Assembly (NCBI GenBank): GCA_043228905.1
Contig: JBHGNT010000001.1
Span: 10,230,001-10,294,000, forward strand
DNA from: Azolla caroliniana
Lineage: Eukaryota; Plantae; Polypodiophyta
Direction: 5' to 3'
Length of the DNA: 64,000 nt
Position 1 is the stretch's first letter, and each line of letters starts with the position of its first letter. The notes under the pieces are model-generated. The model saw nothing but the letters and a program-made list of their open reading frames with translations. It was not told the DNA's origin and did no database searches. The translations under genes were made by a program, and so were the position numbers. Below are positions 61,587 through 64,000 of the stretch, one piece after another.

Positions 61587-62260
61587 AATGGCCTTTCCCA
61601 GGGAAGCAAGTGTTTCCATACTCTCCTCTTTAATCCCACGGATAACAATGTTCTTTGATCTTCGTTCACACTCTTTCAGTTCTCGGGCATCTATGCTTTC
61701 TATATTCTTCTCTTGATGCATCACATGCATATTAGATGAGTTTGATACCCCATCCCCACCACATACATCGGCCCATGATTTCATTGTACATACATTTTTC
61801 ATCTCACTTACATCCCGCCTCATCGTGTCTAATTTTTCTTCTTTTAATGCTTCCTTTAACTCCATCTTATTAAGGTGCTCATTTGTTTCGAAAGAAGCTC
61901 TTTTACATTCTTGAATCTTTTCTTCAAGTTTTGCAACCACTTTCTTAAGAATTTCATTCTCAATGGCAATAGTCTTGAAGAGAAATCAAGTGTCTCATAA
62001 ACATTTTGTCCAATGTGTTTATTGCATTGGAATCAACATTTGTTGGTGATTTCGGTTCATTATCAATCATACTCTCGAACTTTGAGGCGGCCTTATGAGT
62101 GTGTGTCATTGTAGGACCAAACCCTACGAGAAGAGGGAGAAGGAGAGAGGGAGAGAGAAAATGTACCTTTCACTTTATTTAGGGCTTCAAAATCTACCTT
62201 GTGTTTGAGGAGCCGTGGGGCAAAGATGGATGCGGACGAAAATGCTCATAACTTCTCGCC
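61587..62260 (-). mobile_element. 5' part of the RTE/RTE-X-like LINE (ORF1 coiled coil and 5' region)
   Basis: Coiled coil followed by ERRSKNIVIRGIKE; continues in frame into 52360 after removing the DNA transposon. Far boundary approximate. Confidence 0.78.
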
Positions 62261-62370
62261 ACAGTAACAATGGGTATATAGATCTTCATTGAATTACACA
62301 CATTTGATTAGTTTCATCTTCCTTCCAAGTTGCACGATAGACACAAAACTTAAACACAGTATGTAACATA

Positions 62371-62724
62371 CTCAAATGTATTGGCAAACATTCTTTTTCA
62401 TATGAATGCGTATGTTATCAAAACATTCTTATGTTTTTTTTACACTTTTTACCATAACATTCTAACCTTAAAAAAGTTACTTTATAACAAATAATGAATA
62501 CAAATGTATGGTATTTATCATACTTCGAGGGTGTTTACCATACTCGAATGTATTGGCAAACATTCTTTTTCATACGAATGAGTATGTTATCAAAACATTC
62601 TTATGTTTTTTTTTACACTTTTTACCGTAACATTCTAACCTTAAAAAAAGTTACCTTATAACAAATAATGAATACAAATGTATGGTATTTATCATACTTC
62701 GAGGGTGTTTACCATACTCGAATG
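62371..62724. repeat. Two-copy tandem duplication, ~172-bp unit
   Basis: CTC(A/G)AATGTATTGGCAAACATTCTTTTTCATA... starts at 62371 and 62543. Confidence 0.85.
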
Positions 62725-63089
62725 ATTGAATAATTCTCGAATGCGAATGCACGTACGTTACATATGGTTCATACTATGCTTCCAACCATATCAAAGACAT
62801 GTAGGTCCCCGTCTCTTGCTATCCAACTCCATCCTACATTTGTGAACCAAATGAATATGAGCAAAAATGTTGCAAACTTGAGTAGTTCTAACTTATTGTT
62901 CTTCTTCTCTTAAAGATTGATCAAACTTGTTTAAGTTTTGTGTCTATCATCTAAATAAAGCCTTCCTAGGGTATATTTATGGGTTCTAGTCACAAATGGG
63001 ATTTTTACCCCCACATAAATAACTAACTAGACAAATAAGGAAATTTAAGATAAAATAACACATGACCTAAAAGTATAATGGGAACCCTT

Positions 63090-63258
63090 TGTCGAATACA
63101 TGTGTATAATGGACGTATTCACACTATCCCGTTTTGGCCATTTATGTAATTAGCATAAAGGGTAGTTGCCCTAAGTCGGTCACTATATATAGTGACCTTG
63201 TAACCTCTTTGTGGGGTTGGTTGTTGTATTCTTTGTTTATGCAATAAGAAAGTCCTTT

Positions 63259-63294
<36 letters not shown>

Positions 63295-64000
63295 AACGAC
63301 CTACAATCTCTCATACGCAGGTACTGAACAGAACAGAATGCTTCTTGATCTTCCGCATTAACGACCTCGCTTTCAACATCTGGTATCAGAGCGGAGGTTC
63401 GGCCGTCATCACCGCCTGCAAAGCATTCGGTTCTTCACTTCATCTCGGCCTGCACAGTATCCGCGTCATTCGAAGAAAGAGAGAAGAAGAACAAAAACGA
63501 GGTTTGCACCTCATCGCGTTAGATCCTCTTGCTTGGAGTAAGCCCACAGGTTGTACTCTCTTCCGTGTGATCGTAACCGCTCGAGGTGAAATCCCCTTGT
63601 GCATCATTGACACGATCGTGCTCCATTCGGTTAAACGGCAACCGAAGAGGTCACCAAACGCTGCTCGTTGTAACCACTCGGTGCAGATCGGTCTCAAGAC
63701 AACAACCCCAATTCGTGCTTCATCCGGCTGATCGACATTCGAGAGGATCAGTTGGATCTGTCTCTCTCGTCGCTGCAGCCACCCGAAGCAGAATCGGTCC
63801 AGATAATCGGTTTCAATTATCGGTATTCGGCATATATATCCGAAGCGAACCGGGCTCACTCCGACTCGGCAACATTCGGGAAGACCAGTCGGTTCTGTCC
63901 CTCAAGCTACCGGAGTCAATTCGAGCAAGTTCCGAAGCCGAACCGACTCGGGTTCAAATCCGACTAGAACGATATCGGGTGAGCCAACCGGCTGCACTCC
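63090..64000 (+). mobile_element. 5' end of an LTR retrotransposon (LTR 63090-63378, tRNA-iMet PBS), running off the window
   Basis: TGTCGAA...TTCAACA ends; CTATATATAG and (CT)n inside; TGGTATCAGAGC at 63381-63392. Confidence 0.8.

Overview
Eukaryotic, transposon-dominated window, most likely from a seed-free land plant such as a fern (an inference from the TE types, GT-AG introns and a plant UGT). Most of it is nested, decayed retroelements: Ty3/Gypsy, Ty1/Copia, solo LTRs, an L1-type LINE and an RTE/RTE-X-type LINE. It also holds two hAT-type MITEs, one intact three-exon UDP-glycosyltransferase gene (45596-47743) and a shattered pseudogene copy of it. The standout is an apparently intact 9.2-kb DNA transposon (52361-61586; 36-bp TIRs, AATG 4-bp TSD) inserted in the LINE ORF1. 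It carries a 926-aa Sola-like DDD transposase and a divergent six-exon gene predicted to encode a ~974-aa ParB/Srx-like domain fused to a bacterial/phage-type beta-class amino-DNA methyltransferase (m6A/m4C). Intron 1 of that gene holds nine copies of a CpG-rich 25-bp palindrome spaced 51 bp apart. Two further signals: the TGTC...GACA-type LTR insertions make 4-bp TSDs centred on CpG, and several of these LTRs carry an antisense tRNA-like A-box/B-box cassette. All calls are by eye; no searches were run.
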